A stretch of DNA of 64,000 nt from a virus. The stretch is taken from positions 7,975 through 71,974 of IMG/VR virus record IMGVR_UViG_3300045806_000017. One strand, given 5' to 3'. Within the stretch, counting starts at the first letter, position 1. Every line of letters starts with the position of its first letter. This document shows, piece by piece, positions 11,801 through 21,448 of the stretch. A program made the translations under genes and the position numbers. Under the pieces are notes generated by a model. The model was not told where the DNA came from, searched no databases, and saw only the letters and a list, made by a program, of their open reading frames with translations.

Positions 11801-12021
11801 GGAAATTGGTTTTCAGTTTCCTTATTTTTGTTACGAATGAGAGAGTATATTTTAGTGAAGTTATCTACAAACCTCGTGCTTGTAGCAAAGAGAATTGCTT
11901 TAGTAGTGTCATATCCAGAGGAACATCTTAGTAAAGCATCCTTAAGATAGTTCCTTGGATTAGGTACAAGATTAATCCCTATTACGAGAGATTTATCATT
12001 ATTCTCTGATGGAGAAGACAT
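8863..12021 (-). CDS. Large virion structural protein (N4 gp53-like)
   Basis: 1052 aa; segments such as FYPTIPI, YLFFG, YFFELF and FIIPL; position matches gp53. Confidence 0.6.
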   Translation of the reverse strand: MSSPSENNDKSLVIGINLVPNPRNYLKDALLRCSSGYDTTKAILFATSTRFVDNFTKIYSLIRNKNKETENQFPYGMCYGYLSDTFIDYAQLEQNCIAYIKQEKENVLKFYTDLDIFLGKAYQDRKAEDLQNELNTINKMPEDVPPITTKADALTKFNTKVSDENKAYVIEDIEKLEEQFYLEIDIKTISTEISAISNNPTLPHNLDLQNQLQEKENTLNDYQDTLDTLNQSNTEDSILKLLYLKQLEEVVTNENEHKTTLTQLITERNKKYSILKEDEYLSEKEYVVNLKVVTDACLQFENKLKELESKYQDMFSLLKQYRIANVAVLDLKKIDSEGKPVTVNDKEQGTIPENLEFITNQKDFNKNTWLEIALIDYSETDDFFGYNYKSRKFGNSLYWANLMPQHFCKRDVTLAGMSYNQKDVDLVKIFFAKRKDYTEDNPEVFTEEVYKPIDPKYLVIVYIEKNTIPTQYGVIYLTEDDCPYLQGLIDEKDKPLLSNPDDSESYLEFYPTIPIKQNMKDLAEVEPKALSSVLAKSSDEILRNVFINMFGLTEVFSTKRELTFYIEDFQILKSVKARYDTYKSPVMNSFKQNDSTPELFSYYDALTNKNILNTTYTYTLDKIIKDVYLFFGLAVDDSSEEVSKYFFELFNYLEPLCNVDKQKFLDYQDHQTNNNYKYLDAYNLENIVSIRNTQHETNLRFNYIEKEELSGEIPYDSNIVHNPDTSMYNLSYPVYDTPSQTLHGINSDYYIINGEIDYTNAILEVYQQTTLNTYTKISIHGLKIEYNKNYLLPFLQSSNVQIDEGTYETKDDTKEYRTDSDSLAYSLNQGAFVKDTSVAEVSFNDTLIEPKELVDLKQFIIPLWHHDLTDMKYYEKDTKYTVNDINNLVQRSLNLLVSIELTDEQQEIITTPKNYFVPFSKRKEVMLACLDSFLSKYTREELAQRIANNVPDTEADKEKQDFSDMMYKIAVAPNISAYRPVSPTWDKATYMVGQEQLSKTFVNQIMNSKLVFEWEKYSLENNIFGDLSTQFTFENEVDPFADLSSQFNDLEM

Positions 12022-13227
12022 TTATACAAACAGTTTAGTAGTCATAGGATTATTCATAAATTGAGCTATATCGTTGTATTTCTGTTGTAAAGCATACTTA
12101 TCAAATGCTGGATCTGCTCCTGCTGTATGTGCTACATAGGTATTGTATATACCTCCCATAGTATGTAGTTCTTCTAACAGAGGAGCCATTCTAATACTAT
12201 TGGTTTGCCATGTATTTTGAACAGCATTGGATCTATTTACTTCAGCAGAGGTTAGAATTTCAATTCTTTTAGCATTTTCATTTGTAACTTCAGCTTTCTT
12301 AAGAATAATTTCTTCTGTAAGCATATCAGCATCTAACTTAAGCTTGACTCCTTCTAACACTAAGTTCTTTCCTTGTTGGTCTAATACTATAGCTTCAAGG
12401 TCTAGGTTCTTACCTCTATTAATAAGCTCAACAATTTGGGCATCAATCAATGCTCCTTCTTTAGGAATCTTCCAAATTTCACCATCTAATTGTGCACATT
12501 GAGCACTTAACAAATTACCTTGTAATGGAATTAAGTCACCTTCAGCAGCAAGATTTAAACTTTGTTGGTGTTTTAATTCATTTTCAAAATTAGAACCGAT
12601 TACTTGTGAATCTAGTAATGCACCTTGCTTAGGGATATTAAGTAGTTCAGCATTGAGGGTATTAACTTCTGCTTGAGCTTTAAGAATCTCTTGACCAATA
12701 AGTTCCCATTGTTTATATATGTTCGCAATGTCAGCATCTAACTTTTCTACTTGTTTAGCTTCAACTAATACTTGTTGATCTAATAAAGCACCTTGTTTTG
12801 GAATATTCAACAACTCAGCATTTAATGTAGCTGTCTTGGCTTGAATACCAAGTTTTTCTGCTACAGCATTTAATAGTTGTTGATCTAACAATGCACCTTG
12901 TTTAGGCACAAGTAATGTTTCAGCTTCAGTATTAACTCTTTCAGCATTTGTTTTAGCAGTGTTAGCTAGAATACCTGAATTCTCTGCAACTAAGTTTAAT
13001 CTAGTTTGTTCTTCTGTTAATACTTTAGCAGCAGTTAATTCTCTTTGATCTGTACCAATAATTAACTGAACTACTTGTTGAAGAGTAGCTGATAATGCTT
13101 GTGAATATACCTCATCATAAGCAGCACCTTTAAGATGATTTTCAGTTGATAGTACATCTAGCTTCGTCTTAATAGAAGCCATTATTGGATCAAATAAATC
13201 AGTTACTTCTACTGCTAAAATAGTCAT
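12022..13227 (-). CDS. Virion structural protein (N4 gp54-like) with coiled-coil repeats
   Basis: N-terminal FDPIMASI...LKGAAYDEVY; five PKQGALLDQQ-like repeats; synteny. Confidence 0.65.
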   Translation of the reverse strand: MTILAVEVTDLFDPIMASIKTKLDVLSTENHLKGAAYDEVYSQALSATLQQVVQLIIGTDQRELTAAKVLTEEQTRLNLVAENSGILANTAKTNAERVNTEAETLLVPKQGALLDQQLLNAVAEKLGIQAKTATLNAELLNIPKQGALLDQQVLVEAKQVEKLDADIANIYKQWELIGQEILKAQAEVNTLNAELLNIPKQGALLDSQVIGSNFENELKHQQSLNLAAEGDLIPLQGNLLSAQCAQLDGEIWKIPKEGALIDAQIVELINRGKNLDLEAIVLDQQGKNLVLEGVKLKLDADMLTEEIILKKAEVTNENAKRIEILTSAEVNRSNAVQNTWQTNSIRMAPLLEELHTMGGIYNTYVAHTAGADPAFDKYALQQKYNDIAQFMNNPMTTKLFV

Positions 13228-13231
13228 TTAC

Positions 13232-13801
13232 TTATGCCTCTTCGTTTAAACGATTAGTAATTGATTGTTCATGAGCCAAGTCCTTTAACTCTTGTTCTGT
13301 TAAATTAGAAAGATACTGAATAGAGTATTCCTTCATTGATTTGGTTTTATTGATGTCTTGTCCTTGAGCATCTTTAATTTTGTAATGATGAACATATCTC
13401 TTTTCTTCCATCATATCTATTAAGATTTTAGGTACATGCCAAGCATCAGCATTGAAAGGTACATACTTAGATATCATACCTATATACGCATTACCTGCTG
13501 TAAATATATCACCTTCCATAGCTGCTTTAGTAGGATTCATACAAGCTACTCTTACTCGAATTAATCTTTCAGATTCCTTTTTAAGTCTTGCTTTCTTTTG
13601 TCCTAAAGTTTCTACATATTGAGACATATCTGAATCTTTAGCTTTAGCTGGTTCTTCATCTAGGTCTAATGCACTTTTAACTTTAGATCTTAACTTATCT
13701 AAGCCAATAGAAGGATGGTATGTAATACCCATTCTATCTGCCCTATCTTTAAGCAGTTGTAATTCTTCTTGTTCTGCTGTTAATTGTGTTTCATTTGTCA
13801 T
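13232..13801 (-). CDS. N4 gp55-like protein
   Basis: LKDRADRMGITYHPSIGLDKLR and LIRVRVACMNP motifs; directly downstream of MCP. Confidence 0.75.
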   Translation of the reverse strand: MTNETQLTAEQEELQLLKDRADRMGITYHPSIGLDKLRSKVKSALDLDEEPAKAKDSDMSQYVETLGQKKARLKKESERLIRVRVACMNPTKAAMEGDIFTAGNAYIGMISKYVPFNADAWHVPKILIDMMEEKRYVHHYKIKDAQGQDINKTKSMKEYSIQYLSNLTEQELKDLAHEQSITNRLNEEA

Positions 13802-13958
13802 GGTTTAATTCTCTTAGTAATTATGTAGGTCATTCCTACGGCAATGGGTACGAGTATCCTGGCTATCATAAACATCAACAGGAAAGCACCAAATCTTCGC
13901 TTTTAGGCACTTTCTCTGTTGAGTCTTCTATCTGTAATACTTTAACAATCCTAATTGA

Positions 13959-15386
13959 TCAATACTCTGCAACCGTGTATAAAACAGCTATACGTTCTGG
14001 TCTCAATACCATAAAACCATAATACCACTGAATACTTGTGAAGCCAGTAGTACCATAAGGGTCACGAGCATAACTCTCAGGTGAACCAGGTTTAGCAGTA
14101 TAGATATTAAATTTACTGCCTTTACCAGCACCACCAGATTTAAAGCTGATAGTAGTAAATGATTTATCACCAACAACTAACATTGGATATACATCATATT
14201 TACCACCAGTTTGTCTATATCCAGCGTTATTAGTAACAGTAGCACCAGTACCAGAGAAGTTTTGCATTTCCATTACTACTATGATTCTGAAGCAATCAAT
14301 TGAACCAAGTTCATCTTTCTCAGGTGTTGTAGCTGCACCATATTGACGTACTTCAATTAATGCTTTGTTACCAAAGTTATCAACCATACGTTTCAATGTA
14401 GGTACTAATGCAGGAGATACATAAAGGAATCTAGCAGCATTGATCGTACGAGTATCAACCATACGAGAACCTTCAATAACAGTAGTATCTCTAGGAGTAC
14501 GATTGTTATCTAAAGTAACAGCAAGACGAACAAAGTCATCATAAGTAACTAATGATACATTACCAGTTTCACCAGAGACAGTAGCTTTAGATGTAGCACT
14601 ACCACCAAAGGTTACAACACCCGCAGAATTTAATAAGTCCATTTGAATCATGTCTTCTTGTAACTCATTTGCACCAAAAATCATCTCACGATGTAAGTGC
14701 ATATCTAAGTCAGCATCAGTATCAAAATCTAAAGATTCTTGAGTCCATTGACGATAGAAACCATACTTAGCAAAAGTACCTTCTAACTCAATACGTCTAA
14801 AACCAACTCTGTTTACATAACCACCTGTTTCACTTAATACAGGTAATTTACCAGACATATAACCTACGTCTTTAGAACTACCGTATAAGTTACCAGCACC
14901 ATTAACAGAAGCATTCTCTGTAATAGTCCAAGGAGGTGTTAAAGCAAGTAATGCAGCTTTAGTAGTAGCATAGTCAGTATTAAATACACCTAATTTTTTA
15001 AAGATGTCCACTGCTTTAGCTTTAGCATTGGCAATAGCTGTAGCATCAACAGAGTCGTCATTACCTACTGCCCAATAACTTACCCACTCGTTACCTGTAT
15101 TTTTCAATGCAGGGTCTCTAATCTCGATAGTAGATTCAAAGCTAGTAGTTAAACCATTAGCATCAATACCTTGATCGTTAATGTTAATATCAGCAAGCAT
15201 AGGCATGATGTGATATTGTTTAATTTGCTTACCTAAGTTCTTAGGCATTTCTACGGTAGATGCTAACTTAGAGAATACTTGAACTTTAGCAGCTTCTTGG
15301 AGTACCGTTTTATTGTAGTAATCGGTACGAATTTGTGAACCAACAGAAGAATTACTGCCCGTACCGTATATTTGTGGATTAGCCAT
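13959..15386 (-). CDS. Major capsid protein (N4 gp56 family)
   Basis: DQGIDA, GNLYGSSKD, LPVLSETGGYVNRVGF and DPYGTTGFTSIQWYYG are N4-gp56 signatures. Confidence 0.95.
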   Translation of the reverse strand: MANPQIYGTGSNSSVGSQIRTDYYNKTVLQEAAKVQVFSKLASTVEMPKNLGKQIKQYHIMPMLADININDQGIDANGLTTSFESTIEIRDPALKNTGNEWVSYWAVGNDDSVDATAIANAKAKAVDIFKKLGVFNTDYATTKAALLALTPPWTITENASVNGAGNLYGSSKDVGYMSGKLPVLSETGGYVNRVGFRRIELEGTFAKYGFYRQWTQESLDFDTDADLDMHLHREMIFGANELQEDMIQMDLLNSAGVVTFGGSATSKATVSGETGNVSLVTYDDFVRLAVTLDNNRTPRDTTVIEGSRMVDTRTINAARFLYVSPALVPTLKRMVDNFGNKALIEVRQYGAATTPEKDELGSIDCFRIIVVMEMQNFSGTGATVTNNAGYRQTGGKYDVYPMLVVGDKSFTTISFKSGGAGKGSKFNIYTAKPGSPESYARDPYGTTGFTSIQWYYGFMVLRPERIAVLYTVAEY

Positions 15387-15397
15387 TGTGTTATTCC

Positions 15398-16390
15398 TTA
15401 TCTAAATAATGATTTATCTAACTTAGCAAATTCTTCATCGGACATAGCCATGATGTCAAGAGAAGCTAAATCAGTAGTTTTTTTGTTTGTAGCAGCTTTA
15501 GTAATACCTGCTGCTTGTTTCTTTTGTTTATTATCTTGTACAGGTTTAGTTTGTTGTATAGATTGTTGTGGTATTACTTCATGCTTAGTAGTATTAAAAC
15601 CACCATTGGCTTGAATATAATCTCCTACAGTCCTATAAGCATCTAATTCAGATACACCATTAAGTCTTCCTAACATTCTTTGATTAGCAACTTCTTTAGC
15701 AATGGTGTTATAAATTCCATTACCAATATGCTCATTCAATATAGATATTGTTTGAGGATTAGCACTTAAGTATTCTTTGGATTGATGATCCCATTCTGAA
15801 CCAAGAATCTTTACTGTAGTATCAAATTGAGGAGTGTGTTGGATAGAATCCAGTACATCATTTAACTCAATTGTTTTATCATCTACTTGGTAATTACTTG
15901 GTTTATAGTTTACTTCTACAGAAGTATCTATATCTAACGGATCAATTCCACTTTCTTTTAATAATTTTTGAATTGCCTTCGGGTTCTTATTCTTGAGGTC
16001 AATCAAGTAACTAAGTTGTTCAGCATCTAACAAATCATTTTGTTTTAACATCTCTCCAATTTTACGAAGAGGTTTAATTTCTGTGGTCTTACGTTGATAA
16101 TCTGCTCCCATTTGCATAAGCTGGATAGCATCATCAATAGACGTAACTTGTATTTCTTTACCATTGGCTTTAAATGGAGCTGTAATACGCTCATATTCAG
16201 CCTTATAGTCAATCTTTATAGATTCATCAACCTCAGTTGTATAATTATCTTCCTGAGCCTCTGAGGGGTCTTCCTGTGTATCTTCTTGAGTGTTTTCTAA
16301 ACTTGCATTAGCAAACTCTTCATCAGACATATCTAGGAAGTCTTGTCCCTGTGGAACATCTTCAACTTGAACATCTTGTTCTTCACTCAT
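15398..16390 (-). CDS. N4 gp57-like protein (putative scaffold; often annotated tape measure)
   Basis: APFKANGKEI, LMQMGADY and MSDEEF at both termini; upstream of MCP. Confidence 0.8.
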   Translation of the reverse strand: MSEEQDVQVEDVPQGQDFLDMSDEEFANASLENTQEDTQEDPSEAQEDNYTTEVDESIKIDYKAEYERITAPFKANGKEIQVTSIDDAIQLMQMGADYQRKTTEIKPLRKIGEMLKQNDLLDAEQLSYLIDLKNKNPKAIQKLLKESGIDPLDIDTSVEVNYKPSNYQVDDKTIELNDVLDSIQHTPQFDTTVKILGSEWDHQSKEYLSANPQTISILNEHIGNGIYNTIAKEVANQRMLGRLNGVSELDAYRTVGDYIQANGGFNTTKHEVIPQQSIQQTKPVQDNKQKKQAAGITKAATNKKTTDLASLDIMAMSDEEFAKLDKSLFR

Positions 16391-16740
16391 TAGATTTCTA
16401 CCTCTTCTTCATTTTTATACTCTTCAGGATTATCCAAGTATTCCTGACACATTTGAATTGTCTTATCTGCTAACTGTCCTCGTTGCATAATAGTTTTAAA
16501 GAATTGATCCAATGCACCAATAGCCATAAAGTCGTTAAGCATCTGAGCTTGAATCTTAGGATCTTGTAATTGAACATTAGCTCTAAGTATAGTAATTCTT
16601 ACTGGCTCTTTCTCAAAGTATTCATCTTGAAATAGATTTTTAAAATCTTTATTATTTAAAAGTTTGACTAATGAATCTCTTAAACCAGCTTCTATTTTAG
16701 CAGTCTTTAATTGTTCTTTAACTTGTTTCTCTTGTGTCAT
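16390..16740 (-). CDS. Conserved N4-like head-cluster protein (gp58-like)
   Basis: LLNNKDFKNLFQDEYFEKE...IGALDQF; lies between portal and gp57. Confidence 0.65.
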   Translation of the reverse strand: MTQEKQVKEQLKTAKIEAGLRDSLVKLLNNKDFKNLFQDEYFEKEPVRITILRANVQLQDPKIQAQMLNDFMAIGALDQFFKTIMQRGQLADKTIQMCQEYLDNPEEYKNEEEVEI

Positions 16741-16770
16741 TTCTTGTGTCCTCAGTATGAGATTAATAAA

Positions 16771-17010
16771 TTATCTTGGTGTTTTAGTTCTTGCTAATAT
16801 TTTAGCCGTAGTATCTGAATCGCCTATACTAGATACTATAGGTGAGTCTTGTTTAAGTCTTTCTAAGTGATGATCATACATTTCGTTTACCATTGTATGT
16901 AAATCAGGTCTTTTAGTTTGTTGTATTGGTTCAGAAGATCCTGTACGCATATTATTTAATGCTCTTTCTTGATCTTCTTTAGGTAGTTGCAAATATGTTC
17001 CAATATCCAT
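16771..17010 (-). CDS. Hypothetical protein
   Basis: ORF with RBS inside the late operon. Confidence 0.5.
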   Translation of the reverse strand: MDIGTYLQLPKEDQERALNNMRTGSSEPIQQTKRPDLHTMVNEMYDHHLERLKQDSPIVSSIGDSDTTAKILARTKTPR

Positions 17011-17011
17011 A

Positions 17012-17419
17012 TTACGCTCCTAATAAACTGATCCATTTACCTACAGCAACATCTGTAAGCAAACGTGATTTACCAGCAGCAATAGCTACACCTGTACTTA
17101 CAGCAACATCATTGATGGTATCTGTACCATCACCAAACAACTGTAAGGATGTAGCACTAGAATTGTGTACTAAGTGTTGTACGCCTGAACCAACTGCTAA
17201 TGGCAGTTTAATTGAATCAGCAGCAGTATCAACCGTAGATACAACATGAATAGTCTTTGTTGCATTTAAAGCTAATGCAGCATCTTGAGTACCACCAGCA
17301 TGAGCAGTAATATTGTTTTCAATTGTATTTGTATTACCAGCATTTAGTTTTTGCTTCATAGCAATACTTTGTTTAGTTTCTTCCATTATATTATCCTTTG
17401 TAAGTAAAAAAGTTATCAA
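17012..17419 (-). CDS. Putative virion decoration/structural protein (start probably at MEETK, ~17386)
   Basis: ITAHAGGTQ...STVDTAADSIKLP beta-rich pattern; AAGGA RBS before the internal ATG. Confidence 0.45.
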   Translation of the reverse strand: MITFLLTKDNIMEETKQSIAMKQKLNAGNTNTIENNITAHAGGTQDAALALNATKTIHVVSTVDTAADSIKLPLAVGSGVQHLVHNSSATSLQLFGDGTDTINDVAVSTGVAIAAGKSRLLTDVAVGKWISLLGA

Positions 17420-17429
17420 CTTTATTTAG

Positions 17430-18017
17430 TTAATCTTGTTGTTTGTTCATTTTAGCTTGTTTAACATACTCATTATCAAACATACTGTCTAAAGAATTTA
17501 CTGCTTGCATTCCAAGTTTAACAGGTTGTTTGGCTAAATCTCCTAAAGCATTAATACTCTGTGATACAAGAGACGTATTCTTAGGTTGGTTTTGTATGGA
17601 GTAATTTGCTAAAGCATTACCTATTTCATTAGGAATACTTGTTTGTAATCCAGACTTTACTAAGTTACTTCCTGATCCTAAAGCTGTACCACCATACACA
17701 TTTCCTAGTTTATTTATTGTAGGATTTTGTTGTGATGACTCTTGTAATGAATCATTAGTAAAGAAGTTATTTATATCGTTTAACCTTTTATTAGTATCTT
17801 GAGATAAATCTCTATCTAGTATCTTACCAGTTAAGTAATTATTACCTTTAGTAAATCCTTCTGCTACTAATTTAACAGGAGTTGTTAATCCTTGCAATAA
17901 TCCATCAATAGCAGCTTTACCTCCACCAGCTTCTGAACCAAAGTTACTTAACTGTGTCATGATAGAATCATTAGGAGAATTAGAATAATAATCTGTTAAG
18001 TATTGCTTAGGATTCAT
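17430..18017 (-). CDS. Hypothetical protein
   Basis: ORF coupled to the portal stop codon. Confidence 0.5.
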   Translation of the reverse strand: MNPKQYLTDYYSNSPNDSIMTQLSNFGSEAGGGKAAIDGLLQGLTTPVKLVAEGFTKGNNYLTGKILDRDLSQDTNKRLNDINNFFTNDSLQESSQQNPTINKLGNVYGGTALGSGSNLVKSGLQTSIPNEIGNALANYSIQNQPKNTSLVSQSINALGDLAKQPVKLGMQAVNSLDSMFDNEYVKQAKMNKQQD

Positions 18018-20272
18018 TATTTAACTCCTAATTTAGGTTTAGCTTTAATCTGATCCATACTTGAAGCATGGTCTAATACTATATTCTGTAAATTGTTTTG
18101 ATGTTTTGTATTCTCTAAATCTGTATTTAAATTATGATCTATTAAACTCTTATCCACAGCTTGTTCGTGTTTAATTTGTTCTAAAGCTATATTACCTTGA
18201 GCTTGAGCTTGTGCTGTTTCCATAGCTCTTTGATGTGCTACACCACTTTCATCATTAACAAAGTCTAAATCTGTCTTATCAGCAAGACTACTTAACTGTT
18301 TAGCTTTAGATTGCTCTGTAGCTATCTTAGCATACTCTAATTGAGTTTGTGCTTGATATTCAGCTATCTTAGCTTGTATCTCTTGAATTTGAGACTGTAG
18401 AAGCTGTAATTGAGCCTCTTGTAAAGGATCTGGTGGTGGAGGAGTAGGTTGATACTTCTCAATTTTCTTAGCTAAATCAGGCATCTTTCTTAGTTTAGCA
18501 ATCTCTATAAGAATTATTTGACTGAAGTCTTGAGGCATTGTATTACCCATTGTTTGCAGCATAAAACTAAGATCCTGAGCTTTTTGTTCATCAGCTTCAG
18601 CAGTAGATATAGTTAAACTAATATCAATATTACCTGCTAAGTCATCTCTTCTTACAGTAACAAATTCTTCATTAGTAATTCTAATTACTTCTTCTTCAGA
18701 TAAGAATTCAGAATTCATAGAAATAAATTTTCTACCTATCTGAATAATACCTTGAGCCAATCTTCTTAATATACCTAATTCTCTTTTAGATGCTGCATCT
18801 AGTGCACCACGAACACCTATAGCAACATTACCTAATGATTGACCACCAATACCTTGTGAGAATGATTTAACTCCTGTAATAGATTCTGCTTCCATATTCT
18901 GCATGTTAATCATGTATTGTGCAGATTTTGGAATCTCTGGATATACAGCCATGTAAAATGCTTCACTAGGATGTCTTCCAGGATTAAATTCATAATCCTT
19001 ACCCTGTTCAAACTTCCTCTTATTAACAACGTCTAAAGCATCTTTACTAATACCTTGTTGAGCATTTGCACTTCTACCCATGATGTCAATCATACCTCTT
19101 GTTACTGCACCAATAATCTTTTGATTATCTTCTAATAGTTCACCATCAGGTTCACCATATACAGCTTTACGAATAGGTAAGTATTGTACTATTACAAAGG
19201 GTAATTTCTTATCAGGAAAAGGATTCGCTTCTTGTCTAATGATTTGATTACCAACCCAAGTAACTACAATTGGTTTAACTACACCAGAACCATCAATATC
19301 CCAATATCCCCAATACTCGTAAGCTACTACTTTCTGTCTTGGTTTATCTCTAAAGCTAAAAGAATACTGTTCTCTATAGTAGTTATCTTGACTTAGATTG
19401 GTTGTAGTATCTGTTTCTATCAAGTCTAAATTAGAATAGATTCCATCTTTCTCTAATTCAGATTTTGATGTTTCAAATCTAAAAATAATGAATTGAGCTT
19501 TATCTGTATTACCTCTACATGAAGGATCAATAATAACATCATTATAATTACATACTTCAACTGTAGGACAGTTCTTAGTTACTTTAACTTTAGATTCAGT
19601 ATGTGAACCTACATTCTGTGGGAATATAGGTATACCAGACTGCATACTCATCTCTAAAGCTTGTTGAAGCTCTTGAGGAACTGTTTCTTTAAAGTTTATT
19701 GGGTCATCTTGTTTACCTTGAGCCAAGGTTTGTAATTGTTGTAAGTAATTAGGATCTTGGGAAGGTTTATAGTCAAAGTCTTGTACTTCCTCTTCAACTA
19801 TTTCTTCTTCATAATCCCATCCTGTACGAACAACTACAGTACCTTCGTCTACAGCAGTTCTAATGTATTCGTCAATGAACTTTATTTTATCAATCTTTGT
19901 ATTGAACTGGTTATTTAAGACTAATCCATTCTGTACAGCAGCTTTCTTATCTTCAAAGGTAATAGGATCTGTGTTGAACAAATCATCTGTACTTAAAAAT
20001 GGTTCTGTTAAAGCAGCATATCTCCATTCTGCTTGCTTACGAATAAGTTTAGGTACAATATTACTTCTTGCTTTACCGTTGTCTATCTTAGCCGTACCAG
20101 TAATGTTTAAATTATCTAACCAAACATTTACTTTTACTTTGTGTATATCATGATCTGATTGTGCTGTAGTCAAATCTGTCTTTAAATCATCTAACTTAGG
20201 TGGATTCTTCCACTTAGCTAATTTAGATTCTTCTTGAACCTCAACATCATCATCGTTATCAAAATCAATCAT
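18017..20272 (-). CDS. Portal protein (N4 gp59-like)
   Basis: WKNPP, PKLIRKQAEWRYAALTEPFLS, YEYWGYWDI and GAVTRGMID signatures. Confidence 0.95.
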   Translation of the reverse strand: MIDFDNDDDVEVQEESKLAKWKNPPKLDDLKTDLTTAQSDHDIHKVKVNVWLDNLNITGTAKIDNGKARSNIVPKLIRKQAEWRYAALTEPFLSTDDLFNTDPITFEDKKAAVQNGLVLNNQFNTKIDKIKFIDEYIRTAVDEGTVVVRTGWDYEEEIVEEEVQDFDYKPSQDPNYLQQLQTLAQGKQDDPINFKETVPQELQQALEMSMQSGIPIFPQNVGSHTESKVKVTKNCPTVEVCNYNDVIIDPSCRGNTDKAQFIIFRFETSKSELEKDGIYSNLDLIETDTTTNLSQDNYYREQYSFSFRDKPRQKVVAYEYWGYWDIDGSGVVKPIVVTWVGNQIIRQEANPFPDKKLPFVIVQYLPIRKAVYGEPDGELLEDNQKIIGAVTRGMIDIMGRSANAQQGISKDALDVVNKRKFEQGKDYEFNPGRHPSEAFYMAVYPEIPKSAQYMINMQNMEAESITGVKSFSQGIGGQSLGNVAIGVRGALDAASKRELGILRRLAQGIIQIGRKFISMNSEFLSEEEVIRITNEEFVTVRRDDLAGNIDISLTISTAEADEQKAQDLSFMLQTMGNTMPQDFSQIILIEIAKLRKMPDLAKKIEKYQPTPPPPDPLQEAQLQLLQSQIQEIQAKIAEYQAQTQLEYAKIATEQSKAKQLSSLADKTDLDFVNDESGVAHQRAMETAQAQAQGNIALEQIKHEQAVDKSLIDHNLNTDLENTKHQNNLQNIVLDHASSMDQIKAKPKLGVK

Positions 20273-20281
20273 TTATATGTC

Positions 20282-21448
20282 TCATGTAATTACAAACATT
20301 GTAGGGTCTTCAATGTATCTATCTCTAATACTACCAAGTAATTCTAACTGACTGCTAATATATACAGGTATTACAGGTCTTAATCCTCTAGCTGTAATAG
20401 AACCAGTAATATTTAGTATACTATAAATCTGTGAGAAGTCTTTGTGATAGATTCTTCCCTCTAATTGTAGAGAAGAAACAATATTATTCTGTACTTCAAT
20501 AGAACCAAGTAACAATAAAGAAGAGTTTATACCAGAATATCCTTCACTATATAAATTTCCAGATAGATTAAGTGTAGAATTAATACCATAGCTAGGATGA
20601 ATAGTACCCAAAAGATTAAGCTCTGAGAAGATTCCTGAGTAGTTTTCACTTAAGATATTTCCAGATAAGTTTAGTGTGCTAGTTACATTTACATAAGATA
20701 CTTCTTTAATACTAGCATCAACAACATTATCATAACTTGTATATAAAATAGCTTTTAAATTATATGAAGTCTTTTCAGGTATCTCAGGAATAGTGTAAAC
20801 AACATCATTATTAACTATCCAAGATACACCAGACATACTAATAACAATTTTAAACATATCTAAATTATTATATAGTTTAGGTGTCGTTATAAGGTTATTT
20901 TTATTAACAATAACATAGCTACCATTCTCAATATAGAAACCATAACCATTAAATACATCATTGGTTTGTTGTGCAGCATCATTAGTAGACATAGCTCCCA
21001 CTAAAATACCTACAGAAGCTTTTCTTATAGAGAATGCTACTTCACCATAATTAATAAATGCTTGTTTAGATATAGCTGAACCATTCCAGTTTATATTATT
21101 TATTTTAGAATAGTAAGGTGTTGGTATTATCCAAGAATATGAAGGCGGTACGTTTACAACAACTCTTATTGGTGGAATGTTATTTCCTATAGGAGATGAA
21201 CCTCCATAAGATAGTAGTTGTGTACCATCGCTACCTGGTATAAGTATTACTTCCCCTGTAGTAGGTTGCGTAATAGTGACAGGATTAATGGTAACCTTTT
21301 CTATACCATTATAGTTATTGGCTTGGTTCTGTGATGTTGGATACCTTAAAGTAACAAAAGAATACCCTGGTGTAACTTGAAGTACATCAGGAGGTTGAAC
21401 CCAAGAATATATAAATTCTTTGGATAATAAATTCACTTTAGATTCCAA
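20282..21448 (-). CDS. Putative tail/virion protein
   Basis: Beta-rich; C-terminal S-x-LNLSGNI repeats; lies in the tail cluster. Confidence 0.5.
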   Translation of the reverse strand: MESKVNLLSKEFIYSWVQPPDVLQVTPGYSFVTLRYPTSQNQANNYNGIEKVTINPVTITQPTTGEVILIPGSDGTQLLSYGGSSPIGNNIPPIRVVVNVPPSYSWIIPTPYYSKINNINWNGSAISKQAFINYGEVAFSIRKASVGILVGAMSTNDAAQQTNDVFNGYGFYIENGSYVIVNKNNLITTPKLYNNLDMFKIVISMSGVSWIVNNDVVYTIPEIPEKTSYNLKAILYTSYDNVVDASIKEVSYVNVTSTLNLSGNILSENYSGIFSELNLLGTIHPSYGINSTLNLSGNLYSEGYSGINSSLLLLGSIEVQNNIVSSLQLEGRIYHKDFSQIYSILNITGSITARGLRPVIPVYISSQLELLGSIRDRYIEDPTMFVIT

